Below, one piece after another: positions 48,135-59,044 of a stretch of DNA of 64,000 bases. The notes beneath the pieces are model-generated. The model was not told where the DNA came from. It saw only the letters and a program-made list of their open reading frames with translations, and ran no database searches. Origin of the DNA: a virus (Duplodnaviria; Caudoviricetes); IMG/VR virus record IMGVR_UViG_3300028591_000104, positions 1 to 64,000 of that record. One strand, 5' to 3'. Both the position numbers and the translations under genes were made by a program. The stretch's first letter is position 1. Each line of letters opens with the position of its first letter.

Positions 48135-48219
48135 TGGGGGGTGTCCGAGTGGTTAATGGAGCCAGGCTTTGACCCTGGTAGCTTAGCTTTCGTGGGTTCG
48201 AATCCCACCCCCTCAGCCA
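48135..48219 (+). tRNA. tRNA-Gln(UUG) with an unusual long variable arm
   Basis: U1-A72, G73, loop CT-TTG-AC, variable arm TAGCTTAGCTTTC. Confidence 0.85.
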
Positions 48220-48270
48220 GAGCCTTCGGGCGTGATCGTATCATAGATACCTGCGAGGCCTATGATCTAA

Positions 48271-48458
48271 CATCGGTGGCGGAATAGACATAAGGTTTGG
48301 CGCACAACGGAATCTTATGTGATAGTAGACGCAAGCTGGAATGTGCAGGCTCCATTGAGAGTGCAAAGGTTCAAGTGAAAGGCTTGATGAGGTTGGCAGA
48401 GTAACCGACACACGACATTTGGCTAACTGCTATGTAAGGTGCAAATCCTTACCCGATG
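48271..48458 (+). ncRNA. tRNA-like RNA with expanded anticodon region, copy 2
   Basis: Same ends as 38737-38896, different interior, extra hairpin in the D-loop. Confidence 0.65.
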
Positions 48459-48624
48459 TTTTTATTAAAATACCTACTGACTTGGCAAAATCCAAGTCTT
48501 AATATATAGGTTTCCGGTGGACGCACCAATAGCTACTAGGAAGTAGGATTAATGGAGTCCATCTTTTAAAGAGTAGGTTCTAATCGTATGTGGAACCTTT
48601 TGGGCATTGAGCCACACTATTAGC

Positions 48625-48656
48625 AAAAGGAAGTCAGTGATGGCTTCCTTTTTTTA
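48625..48656 (+). terminator. intrinsic terminator ending the tRNA region
   Basis: AAGGAAGTCA/TGGCTTCCTT followed by a T-run. Confidence 0.7.
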
Positions 48657-48744
48657 TGCATTTGTAAAAACAACGAACCGAACTGCCGAGCGCAGAGGGC
48701 TTAGAAGATCGTCTCCCGAAACCAAATGGCCCTAGGTATTTTTA

Positions 48745-48790
48745 TGGGCAAAAGTAAGAAATTTATAATATCTTTTTTTTATTATAAATA
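48745..48790 (+). promoter_or_regulatory. putative phage late-promoter motif TGGKCAAAA...TATAAATA
   Basis: Repeated at 52112, 39467 and on the minus strand at 21569. Confidence 0.5.
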
Positions 48791-48833
48791 AAGGTATGTT
48801 CCTTAAAAATTAAATAAGAAAGGAGATAAAGGA

Positions 48834-51800
48834 ATGGCAACAGTTGACAATAGAAGTATTACAACTAATATGGAAGAAATATTCCTCTTACAGTCCATGG
48901 ATGGCGGCGGCTCGGGTAGTGGCGGTGGATTTAACGGTAAATATTTAGCCATTGAAGCTGCCTTAAATCAGCAATTCGGTGAACCATCTATATCAATGGG
49001 TACTAAAAGCTATGCTGCTAAATATGGAAGTATTGTAGTTGGTACTGACAGCAAATCTGGTGAATATAACACTATTACTTTTGGTAATAATAATGTAAAT
49101 ACTAGTTATGAAAGTTTAGTATTGGGTAATAGTAATGAAATACATATGACCTATCCAGCTAGACCAGAAATAGCAGGTCTTATAGTAGGTGGGCATAATA
49201 ATAAACTTTATCCTATATTGTATGATAGTAATTATAATCGAATTACTATTGAAGGAGTTGTTCCTGTTTATTATTTTGAAGGTTCTTTTTATGAAAGTTT
49301 GGATTATGTAAATCCAACCACCCCTGAGAATAATAAAATTTATGTTGATTTATTATCTGATACTGATAATAGATATTTATATTATAATGATGAGCTTTTT
49401 AGTTTTCAAGCATTGAAAAATTTAGGTTGGATAATTCCTGATACTAGTATTTTAGGTATTATTTCTGGTGAGAATAATGTATATAGAATAGGCAGCAATA
49501 ATGATTGGGCCTGTGTTTATAGTTTTGGAGATGCAAATAAAATAATTAATGAATTTAATGATAATCTTCATTTTATAGCAGGGCAAGATAACGAAATAAG
49601 TGTTGTAACTAACAAGGATAAAAATCATAATATTCCAGACTCAGAGAGTACATTAGTTGCTTTTGGTAGCCGAAATAAAATAGATTTACAAGTTAATTCT
49701 AAAGCAGGTAGTCAACTTTATTTATTAGGCTATAATAATGAATTTTCCAATGAAAATATAACTTCTAAGTTTGATAGTACTGATGTTAATTTTATATGTG
49801 GGGAAGGAAATAAACTTTTAATAAGAGATCAATATAATGATAAGAATAATATAACTGTTGAAAATAATATTATTTTTGGTAGAGGCAATAAATTAGAGTT
49901 TAGTAATTATAACTATATCTATGGACTTAATGGATATAGTAATATTGTCTTAGGTGAAAATAATAAAATTTTTGGACGTGACGCTCATAGTGGCACTAAT
50001 ACCAATCGAAATATAATTATAGGTCAAGATAATAAAATTGGTGGTAATGAATATGATGTAGAAGAAAGAAAATGTGATTCTTTACATCAAAATTATATCT
50101 TTGGTAATGATATAGAATTATCAACTACAGGAGATTTAAAAGATAATGTTTATCTTGGTAAATCTCATGGATTAACATATAATCCTTCTGTAATTAATAA
50201 CGTTATTGGTGGAAATCAAGTATTTTTTAAAGGTTCTAAATAGTGTAGTGATAATTTATTAGTTGGACCTAATTCAAGTAGTTTAATAGTTAGTGGTTCT
50301 GGTAATTTAGGCTTAGGAAAAAATTCAATTTATGGAAATAATTGCGTTGTTGTAGGCGAAGATAATACGATTAAAGCTAATATTAGAAATATCGGAGAAT
50401 ATTATTCAGGTAGTATTTATAATGAAGGTGATTTTTGTTATTATAATGATATTCTTTATATTTGTAAAAGTAATAATGTAACCGGTCCTTTTAATATGCA
50501 AAATTGGTAGGAACCTGAATTAGGTAACTATTCATATATTTTTGGTAGAAGGAATGGTGTAAATGGTGATTATAGTATTGTGATTGGAGAACTCAATGCA
50601 GTAACTGGTGATTATAATGTTGTATTTGGAAAAAATAATACTATTACTAAAAATTATAATGCAGCATTTGGTCATGACAATTCTATGAATGGTTCTTATA
50701 ATAGCTTAACTTTTGGAGAACAAAATATAATACAATCAAGTGATAGTTTTGTCGGAGGATATTATGGAAAATCGACAGGCACAACTGGTTTTTGTTTTAG
50801 CGGTTTAGGTACTACCCCCGAGGAATTTTATGGTGTAGATTTAATTTATTATTTTCCAGAAGCGGATGAAATAACAGATGAGCGCATTATTTTTAATACA
50901 GCTAAATCCGTAACTAAAATTACAATTAAATTAAATTATACTACTAAAACTATAGAAGCTTTAAAACGTGTAAGCGCAGCTGCTATTTACGCTAGTAATT
51001 TACAAAGTGGATTTGGTTAGTATGATTTAAATAATCCTGATGGGCCTCAAGTAGGAGGTACTAGTTTTGGAGTTGATCCTAGTCAACAAGATTTATTAAT
51101 AAGTTTAGAAAATCCAGAGCTTACATTAAATCTTAGTTCACCCATATCTATGCCTGCAAATAGATTTATTAAAAGAAGTGAAATATCAGGATGGACCTCA
51201 GCATGTGTCGGTTATGGTCCTAATATTCAATCTTCTGATAAATCACAAGTATTAAAAACGGGTGGAGTAGCTATAGGTACTGGTGTAATAGCTAATGGTA
51301 TGTGTCAAACTGTTATAGGCAGAGGTAATATATCAGATTCAGATAGTTTATTTATTATAGGTAACGGTAGAATTACACCAGCTTATGATGCAAACCATAA
51401 TCCTTATAGTGATACTTTAGATAGGTCTAATGCACTTACTGTAGACTGGGATGGTAACCAAGTACTTGCGGGCAAGCTTACTGTCGGCACGCAACCTACG
51501 GCCGCGAATGATGTAACCACTAAAACATATGTTGATACAGCAGATGCAGCTATATCAGCCGAAATTGAAACTCCTATAACTGGACTTAAAGCACGCATGA
51601 CAACAGCCGAAGGCGCGATTTCAGATCTCGAAACAACAGTTGGAGATAGCACATCAGGCTTAGTTAAAGATGTAAATGATTTACAAACTGAAGTAGAAGC
51701 TTCTACTACTGGATTAATAGATAGAACTACTAATCTTGAAACAACTGTAGGTGATAGTAATAGTGGTTTAGTACATGATGTAGACGACCTTGAAGATCGC

Positions 51801-52070
51801 GTAACTACACTTGAACAAGCACCCCTTCCTACTGTATCACTTTCTCAAACCAATACAACAATTACTGGTTTGTCACAAGGAGATACTGATATAACATTAC
51901 CTTCTGGATATACTGATAATAGTATTGTAGATATTTATATAGATAGATTGCATTATTGTAATATTTTAGATTTCACAATTAATCAAGGTATTGCTTCTTT
52001 CTCTACTTCTCCAATAGCAACAGGAAATGAATTAGTTCAAGTTAGTATAACAAATGTTAATATATCTTAA
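48834..52070 (+). CDS. tail fibre/adhesin-like protein (1078 aa); TAG at 50241, 50508 and 51018 read through
   Basis: Three track ORFs share one frame, separated only by TAG; continuous G-x-x-N beta-repeats, YadA-like C-terminal part and coiled coil. Confidence 0.82.
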
Positions 52071-52076
52071 TAATTT

Positions 52077-52110
52077 AAGGGACTAGATTTATATCTAGTC
52101 CCTATTTTTT
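52077..52110 (+). terminator. intrinsic terminator
   Basis: AGGGACTAGAT/ATCTAGTCCCT followed by a T-run. Confidence 0.75.
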
Positions 52111-52188
52111 ATTGGGCAAAATATTATAATTTTATATACCTTTTTTTCAATATAAATAGGTAAAATATTTTAAAGGAGGTAACAAATA

Positions 52189-54327
52189 ATGGCAATAATT
52201 ATAGCATCCAATAGTGGAAAGAAACATTATGCTTTACAGCACTATATCTGTGATACTAATGAAGATATTGTAGATTTACCCATAGATAATGTATGGGTAG
52301 GTAGTACAGCTTTTGTAATTGATAGTGGTGAAACATATATGTTTAATTCCCAAAAGGAATGGATAAAAATCGCGGCCGAGGGTGGCGGCGGGGGAGGAAC
52401 CGGCATGGCCGCAACTATTCAAGTAGGAGAAGTGCATACAGGTGAACCGGGATCTCAAGTAACTATCGAGAATAGCGGCACTTCATCTGCCGCCGTATTT
52501 GATTTCTCTATCCCTCGTGGAGAACCATTTCAAATCAAGAAAATTTATGATAGCTACACAGATATGAATAATGATTATTCTGGTACTGATGTAAAAGTAG
52601 GTGAGATTGTTTGTGTAACTAATGGAAGTAATGAAAAAGAATTATGGATTAAGGGTAATACTCAGTATGAGTTCTTTACAAGCCTTGAAAATGTAACAGT
52701 AGTCAAAGGTGAAGATGGCGCTAAAGGTTCTAAGGGTGATAAGGGTGACAAAGGTGACCCTTTCCTTTATGTAGATTTTACAGAAGAACAGTTAGAAGAA
52801 TTAACTGGCCCTGGCATTACCAATATTGAATTAGATGCACAAGGTAGATTAATTATTACAATTGCTACTGGTGATTCATATACCGTTGATTTTGGTGATA
52901 TATGGATGCGTAAAGTTAATCCAGTGGGTACTGGTTCAATGTCAATGAACAGAAAAGCAGAAACCACAATTGGTATAAATTCTGCTACTTTTGGAAAAGA
53001 TTGTGAAGCTTCTGGAGACTATTCCTTTGCAGAAGGTGAAGAAACAATAGCAGCTGGTAGAGCGTCTCATGCAGAAGGACATAATACTTATGCTGGTCCG
53101 TTTGACAGCCATGCAGAAGGATGCACTACAAGAGCAGAAGGACATTATTCTCATTCAGAAGGACATTTAACAAAAGCCAAAGGTGAAGCTGCGCATGCTG
53201 AAGGCTCTGAATCAGAGGCAATTGGACATTATTCACATGCAGAAGGCAGAAAAACTAAAACTACAGATATTAGTACTCATGCAGAGGGAGAAGAAACTCA
53301 GGCAACAGCTCCATATGCTCACGCAGAAGGTCATAAAACTTTGGCATCCGGTTCAAACTCTCATGCTGAAGGAGAAAATACAATTTCTTCACATGATTGC
53401 GCACATGCTGAAGGTAGTAATACTCAGGTTACAGGCCCATATTCTCATGCAGAAGGTTATTATACAATAGCTTCTGGTAACTCACAACACGTAAGTGGTA
53501 AATATAATATTTCTGATAATAATAATACATATGCAGAGATTGTTGGAGGCGGTAGCGCCGCTAATGCGCGAGTTAATATCCGTACTCTTGATTGGTCTGG
53601 TAACGCTAAATTAGCAGGTAAATTAACTGTAGGAACAAATCCGGTTAATAATATGGATGTTGCTACAAAGGTATATGTAGATAATGCCGCTAGTGCTTTA
53701 ATAAATGATATAACTCCATCTGCCAATAATACATATAGTAGTGAAAAAATAGAGGCTTTAATTAATCCTCCCACTTTAGATAAAGTTAAATATATTAAAG
53801 TAGTAATTAATAGTATACAAGGCAGTGATGCAAACTTAGTTTTAAGAACTCCTATATACTTACAAAACGGTACTACTGGAGAAACTTATACATTTGCTGG
53901 TTCAGAAACTTTCATAGGCTCTGATGGAACTAATTGGTTTGATTTCCTTACTACAGATGGTAATGAATTTTATTTACCTGGAATATCTTCTAAATTACCT
54001 TATTCTATTACTTTAACTTCTTTAACCGATATAAACATAGCTCAATATAATGAATTTTATTTTCGTAATGCTTCTTATGAATCAGCTTCTCCACGCGCTT
54101 GTGATTTATATGTTTCCTTAGATGGAGAAACATGGATTCAAGTTTCTACTAATAACGATATAGGTTATAATGGTGGTTATAATAAAGTTAAGGTTGGAGA
54201 GATGCATGCGGCACCGCCTCAGGAACTCCCTCAACCAACTATAGCTGATGCGGGTAAAATATTAACAGTTAATTCATCTGGCATTATCGTGTGGGCTGAT
54301 TTAAACGCTAATAATACACAATATTAA
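52189..54327 (+). CDS. tail fibre-like protein with collagen-like and YadA-head (SHAEG) repeats
   Basis: GxKGDKGDKGD stretch and a long run of 14-aa (S/A)HAEG repeats. Confidence 0.85.
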   Translation: MAIIIASNSGKKHYALQHYICDTNEDIVDLPIDNVWVGSTAFVIDSGETYMFNSQKEWIKIAAEGGGGGGTGMAATIQVGEVHTGEPGSQVTIENSGTSSAAVFDFSIPRGEPFQIKKIYDSYTDMNNDYSGTDVKVGEIVCVTNGSNEKELWIKGNTQYEFFTSLENVTVVKGEDGAKGSKGDKGDKGDPFLYVDFTEEQLEELTGPGITNIELDAQGRLIITIATGDSYTVDFGDIWMRKVNPVGTGSMSMNRKAETTIGINSATFGKDCEASGDYSFAEGEETIAAGRASHAEGHNTYAGPFDSHAEGCTTRAEGHYSHSEGHLTKAKGEAAHAEGSESEAIGHYSHAEGRKTKTTDISTHAEGEETQATAPYAHAEGHKTLASGSNSHAEGENTISSHDCAHAEGSNTQVTGPYSHAEGYYTIASGNSQHVSGKYNISDNNNTYAEIVGGGSAANARVNIRTLDWSGNAKLAGKLTVGTNPVNNMDVATKVYVDNAASALINDITPSANNTYSSEKIEALINPPTLDKVKYIKVVINSIQGSDANLVLRTPIYLQNGTTGETYTFAGSETFIGSDGTNWFDFLTTDGNEFYLPGISSKLPYSITLTSLTDINIAQYNEFYFRNASYESASPRACDLYVSLDGETWIQVSTNNDIGYNGGYNKVKVGEMHAAPPQELPQPTIADAGKILTVNSSGIIVWADLNANNTQY

Positions 54328-54341
54328 GGAGGTAAATAATA

Positions 54342-55088
54342 ATGGCAAATAAATTATATGATGAAACCTCCATTCAAAATATTGCTAATGCAATAAGAAG
54401 TAAAAATGGCTCATCTGACTCATATACTGTGGGTCAGATGGCACAAGCCATTACTGACTTACCTACTGGAGGAGAAAGTGATATTACTTGGGATAGAGAA
54501 CTTGTTGATGAATGGGACTTTACAGAATCACTTATATCTAAAAACCATAATAAATCATTCGTAATTGATGGCGCGGACATAACACGCACTTCTGAGGGTA
54601 TATATTTCGGAACTAATTCAACCGATCAAACCGTATATAGTCCCGATCTTCACGAACTACCCGTCACTGATTGGAGCAAGATTGACATAGAATTAGAAGT
54701 TGAGGCAGTGGGGTCTACTCAGTCTATGAGGGCGTTATTCAGTGTGTGGTCATCCGTCAAAAATGCTTATAGTCTCGGGTTGCAGTTTGCCGGGCTTGCT
54801 GACGGCTTCAAATGGATAAATACCACTTATGTAACACCGCCCGCGAACTTCACCAACATAGAAAGCGCGGCGCGTCAACTGTGTCTTAATCTGGAGACTG
54901 GTAACCTTTATACGCACGGTATTTTTATAACAGGTCTCTTTACTTTTGGTGGTCTGTTTGCTGACGCTATGGCTGACACTGAGCATAATAGATTCTATCT
55001 CGGAACAAATGCCGGGTGGGTTGGCAATCCGGGAAGCTATAAATTTAAGAAATTGAGAATTTATAAACATATCACAGAGGAGGTATAA
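54342..55088 (+). CDS. putative virion/tail-associated protein
   Basis: IANAIRSK..MAQAI N-terminal motif also present inside the next gene. Confidence 0.7.
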   Translation: MANKLYDETSIQNIANAIRSKNGSSDSYTVGQMAQAITDLPTGGESDITWDRELVDEWDFTESLISKNHNKSFVIDGADITRTSEGIYFGTNSTDQTVYSPDLHELPVTDWSKIDIELEVEAVGSTQSMRALFSVWSSVKNAYSLGLQFAGLADGFKWINTTYVTPPANFTNIESAARQLCLNLETGNLYTHGIFITGLFTFGGLFADAMADTEHNRFYLGTNAGWVGNPGSYKFKKLRIYKHITEEV

Positions 55089-55092
55089 ATAA

Positions 55093-56229
55093 ATGAGTGT
55101 TAGAATTGGAAAATCTGGCGACCATGTCCAATAGGGAACAGTGATTTATACCGCCGATAATGAGAGCGATATACAATCTCTCCCTACGACATGCACACCA
55201 GGTAGTACTTGTTTTTGTATTGAAACAAGTACTACTTATATATTAAATAATAAAGGTGAATGGAAAGTTAAGTCAACAGCGGGCGGAGGTGGTGAAGCTC
55301 GTGCTTACCCTTCGGCTGATGGACGTTCTTTTCCATTGAGTAATGATAATGTAACTTTTACTACTTCAAGTGAAAATTATAATGATATTGCTAAAGCAAT
55401 TAATCAAAGAGCTGGTACAACAAATACCTATAGTCCCGGACAAATGGCTAGTGCTATTACAAATATACCTATTCCCACATATCAACAGAAATCTGTAACA
55501 CCTGATTTCAGCGGTGGAAATGTTGATGTAACAGCAGATAGTGGTTATGATGCTTTAAGCTCCGTTGTTGTTTAGAAGGACAGCAATCTTGTCGCAGGTA
55601 ACATTAAGAAGGATGTTACTGTGCATGGGATTACAGGTACGTTTGCTGGCGGTAGTGACCAATCAGGAGCAATAGTAGATAGAAGCATTGTTGAATATGA
55701 AAACAACACGATTACGAACGTAGCACAGTATGTTTTTTATATCAGTAATTCCCTAAAAAAGTTCAAATCAAATAGTGTTACAAATATTGGTGAAAGTGCT
55801 TTTTATCAGAATTCAAAATTATCAGAAGTTGATTTACCAAATCTTATACATTTGGGAAATTCTGCTTTTTTTAGTTGTAGTTCATTGAAACAAGTTATTT
55901 TTCCAAAAGTTACAAGTATAGGTGGTAATTGCTTTTATAATTGTCAAAATTTACAAACAGTTGATTTATCGGAAATTACATCTTTTGGTAGTAGTTGTTT
56001 TTATAATTGTAAAAAATTTAAAACTTTAATATTAAGAAATAATGAAGTCGTTCCATTAGGAAGCGTCGGCATATTTAATTTATCGGCATTTGCAAGTAAC
56101 GGAACAGGCGGTACGTTATATGTACCACAGGCATTAATTGCTAGCTATCAGGCTACCAATGCCTGGTCAACGATTCTTGGCTATCCCAACAACCAGATCA
56201 AGGCGATTGAAGGCAGTATTTACGAGTGA
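55093..56229 (+). CDS. BspA-type leucine-rich-repeat virion protein; TAG at 55132 and 55573 read through
   Basis: GGAGG RBS; ORFs 55141 and 55621 in one frame; IG-x-x-AF-x-x-C-x-x-L repeats; N-terminus paralogous to 52189. Confidence 0.82.
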
Positions 56230-56363
56230 AGTATTTGTTAATATCAAGATTACAAAAATCATGATTGTTCTTAAATAAAGGGATGATTTTATATCGTCCC
56301 TTTATTTGCTTTCTAAAAAAATTTATATTATAATATAAATATAAAAAATAGGAGATAAAATAT

Positions 56364-57140
56364 ATGAGCTATAAAGATTGTGATATAGTCTATATCCTAA
56401 AAGATGGTATAGACCCGGCAGAATTAACATAGTCATTAAGAAGTGTAGATAAAAATTTTCCTCATAGAAAAGTATGGTTTGTGGGGGCACAACCAGAAGG
56501 TTTAACCCCTGACCTCAGGCTGCCGCACAAGCAATCTGGCTCTAATAAGTGGGAAAGAGTCTGCTCTTCTTATCTTAAAATTTGTAATAATCCTACCATA
56601 AGTGAGAATTTTTTCTTATTTAATGATGACTTTTTTGTACTTAAAAGAATTGATAGAGACGATGAGTTTATTAATTTTGTAGACGGAACTCTAGAGAACA
56701 GGGTGAAAAAATTAAATAATAATTTGAATGGAAGTTCAACTTATTCAAAAAAATTGGCTGATTTATCAATTTATTTAAAGATGAAGAATTTAGACACAAT
56801 GAATTTTGCTTTACATTTACCCTTTTTATATAATAAATCTTTAATTAAGAAAACTCTTAATGAATTTCCTAATAGTCCTATGTTTAGATCGGCTTATGGG
56901 AATTTAAATGATGTTCCTTATAGATCTCATAAAGATATAAAAATTTATGATAGAGTAACAATTCCAGGTGAAGATTGGGATTATGTCTCAACTACAGAGG
57001 AAACTTTTGCTAAAGGAAAAGTAGGAGAATATATCAGAAACCTTTTCCCAGAACCAAGTAGATTTGAACCTGGTTATTATGAGGCTAAAACTAAGGAGTT
57101 ATAGACGGAAGAAGGTGAAGAAAGATACCATGTACTTTAA
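56364..57140 (+). CDS. Stealth-family-like hexose-phosphate transferase; TAG at 56430 (and probably 57102) read through
   Basis: DIVY..ELT*SLRSV..KVWFVG..SENFFLFNDDFF resembles Stealth CR1/CR2 motifs; AGGAG RBS. Confidence 0.72.
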
Positions 57141-57441
57141 TTTAAGAGTTAATAATAAATATATGTTATAGGCAGTTGAAGATAAAAATGGAGATGGAGA
57201 TTATTATATTGCTTATCCATTAGAAGAAGATATAAAATTAATTGCCCAATAGGAAGAAAGAAATACAGTTATAGAAGGTATTCCTACTGATACTAATACA
57301 TCTTTTAGAAAATTCTATGGACGTTTTTATGATGTAAAAATTAATGAATACGGCGGAATTAGTTTTAGAATTAAATCTGCTGTCGAATCAGTACATATAA
57401 GTCCTAATGGAGAAATAGAAGTAGAATGGAATTATTATTAA
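57130..57441 (+). CDS. hypothetical protein with 2 in-frame TAG codons
   Basis: Fills the gap exactly if TAG 57169 and 57250 are sense; ends TAA. Confidence 0.6.
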
Positions 57442-57587
57442 AAAAGGAGATAAAATTATGACAGAGAAAGAGTTGCGCGCGGCCGCTATCGAGAATCGCA
57501 TAGGCGTCCTTTCCGCGAGGAAAAAGGACAATGGAAGAATTATTAAGAAGCTCCAAAGACAGATTAGGGCGTTGAGAAAGTAATTAC

Positions 57588-57620
57588 AAAGACCTAGATA
57601 ATAAATCTAGGTCTTTTTTT
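57588..57620 (+). terminator. intrinsic terminator
   Basis: AAAGACCTAGAT/ATCTAGGTCTTT followed by a T-run. Confidence 0.75.
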
Positions 57621-57681
57621 GTTTTTTAGAAAAAAATATGTTATAATTAATTATAAGAAAATAGAAAGTAGGTGATAAAAT

Positions 57682-57867
57682 ATGATGTTGATTAAAGTAT
57701 CCTTTGCCGTAACTTTATTCTTATTTGCGATTTTTGTTATACTAATATTCTTTGGAGAGATTGGTGTAAAGAGATTGGCAAAGAGTCTTGATGTTCTTTA
57801 TTTCATTGGCTCATTCTTTGGCTTTATGCTTTTGGCTATTACTTTATGGGGGGTTTTTAGTTTATGA
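57682..57867 (+). CDS. small membrane protein
   Basis: Two TM segments. Confidence 0.6.
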   Translation: MMLIKVSFAVTLFLFAIFVILIFFGEIGVKRLAKSLDVLYFIGSFFGFMLLAITLWGVFSL

Positions 57868-58121
57868 AATATGTAACTCATAGATTTTTTTGCCCTCGAT
57901 GCGGCGAGGAGACTCTGCCCGTGGTCAGAAGCACTAGTAAGTTGCGCGAGAGAGGTCACTTAAAGAAATTATATTGTTATCACTGTAATATGACCTTAAA
58001 TATGGTAGAGTGCAGAGATGAGTTTGAGGTAAGAGCATTTAAAGAAGCATTTTTAGCTGGTGATTTAGCTGAAATAGTAGATGAAAGTGAGATAATTGAT
58101 TGGAATGGGAAAAATAATTAA
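57864..58121 (+). CDS. Zn-ribbon protein
   Basis: CPRC...HLKKLYCYHC. Confidence 0.7.
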   Translation: MKYVTHRFFCPRCGEETLPVVRSTSKLRERGHLKKLYCYHCNMTLNMVECRDEFEVRAFKEAFLAGDLAEIVDESEIIDWNGKNN

Positions 58122-58602
58122 TATAATGATAGGACTACCTGGATGCGGCAAGTCAACTTACTGTAAGAAGATAAAGGAAGAATGGAATAACATAGCTTAT
58201 ATTTCTCGTGACGAGGTAAGATTGGAAATCTTAGGACCGAACGAGCCATTCTTCGCTAAGGAAACAATAGTTTATAATACTTTTATAGACAGAATAAACC
58301 AGGCATTAGCTTCTGATGTTAATGAGATTTACATAGATGCTACTCACATCAACTCTTCTTCCAGATTAAAGCTGTTGAGAAGATTAAACCTTAAGGGTGA
58401 TGAAGAGATTTGCTATTACATCTTTGATGTACCTTTGCAAGAGTGTATGCGCAGAAACCGTTTGCGTACAGGAGTCGCAAGAGTACCAGATAGCGCGATT
58501 CGTGACATGAACGCCCGCGCGCAGTTTTTTATAACAGATGCGGAAACTAGAAGTTTTAATCCTGTTGCTTATATGGTAGATTATAAAGGAGAAATAGAAT
58601 AA
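58105..58602 (+). CDS. polynucleotide-kinase-like P-loop protein (AAA_33)
   Basis: GLPGCGKS, SRDEVR, IDATH, RRNRLR lid. Confidence 0.82.
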   Translation: MGKIINIMIGLPGCGKSTYCKKIKEEWNNIAYISRDEVRLEILGPNEPFFAKETIVYNTFIDRINQALASDVNEIYIDATHINSSSRLKLLRRLNLKGDEEICYYIFDVPLQECMRRNRLRTGVARVPDSAIRDMNARAQFFITDAETRSFNPVAYMVDYKGEIE

Positions 58603-58604
58603 TT

Positions 58605-58796
58605 ATGGCAGAAAAATTAACAATTATATGTATGTATCTTTTAAGCTTTTTGATTGGTATGGCAATAGGCATAATAATTATAAGTTTTGTTTATCGCGGA
58701 AGTAAATTTTGCCCTGAGTGTGGACATCATTATGAAACTAAAGTAGAATATTGCCCTATTGATGGAACAGAGCTAAAGGAGGTCACTAATTCATGA
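58605..58796 (+). CDS. membrane-anchored Zn-ribbon protein
   Basis: TM segment plus CPEC/CPID. Confidence 0.6.
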   Translation: MAEKLTIICMYLLSFLIGMAIGIIIISFVYRGSKFCPECGHHYETKVEYCPIDGTELKEVTNS

Positions 58797-59044
58797 AAAA
58801 AATTAAAATGAAATCAATAAAAGAAGATAAACTTTTTACAGAAATGATATGTATCAATCCTATGCCTGCAAATTGTTGCGAATGTCCTTTTTATTATATG
58901 CCATACCCAGAAGATGAGGGTACATGGTATGAAGATTGGGATTGTTATCTTGGTGGTATAAAAAGTAATTGGGGTATTGCATTAGAACGTTCAAAACACT
59001 GTCCTTTAAATTTATTAGAAAGGTGTGAAAAGAATGAAAAATAA
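58793..59044 (+). CDS. small Cys-rich protein
   Basis: MPANCCECPF..CPL. Confidence 0.6.
   Translation: MKKIKMKSIKEDKLFTEMICINPMPANCCECPFYYMPYPEDEGTWYEDWDCYLGGIKSNWGIALERSKHCPLNLLERCEKNEK

Noticed and set aside
34526-48156. Track ORFs overlapping tRNAs and ncRNAs (34526, 34847-, 35648-, 35923, 37652-, 37683-, 38476, 46173-, 47971)
   Set aside because: No RBS and atypical composition; they are shadows of RNA genes.
48834-56229. Diversity-generating retroelement acting on the fibre genes
   Set aside because: No reverse transcriptase and no adenine-specific TR/VR repeat pair was seen in the window.
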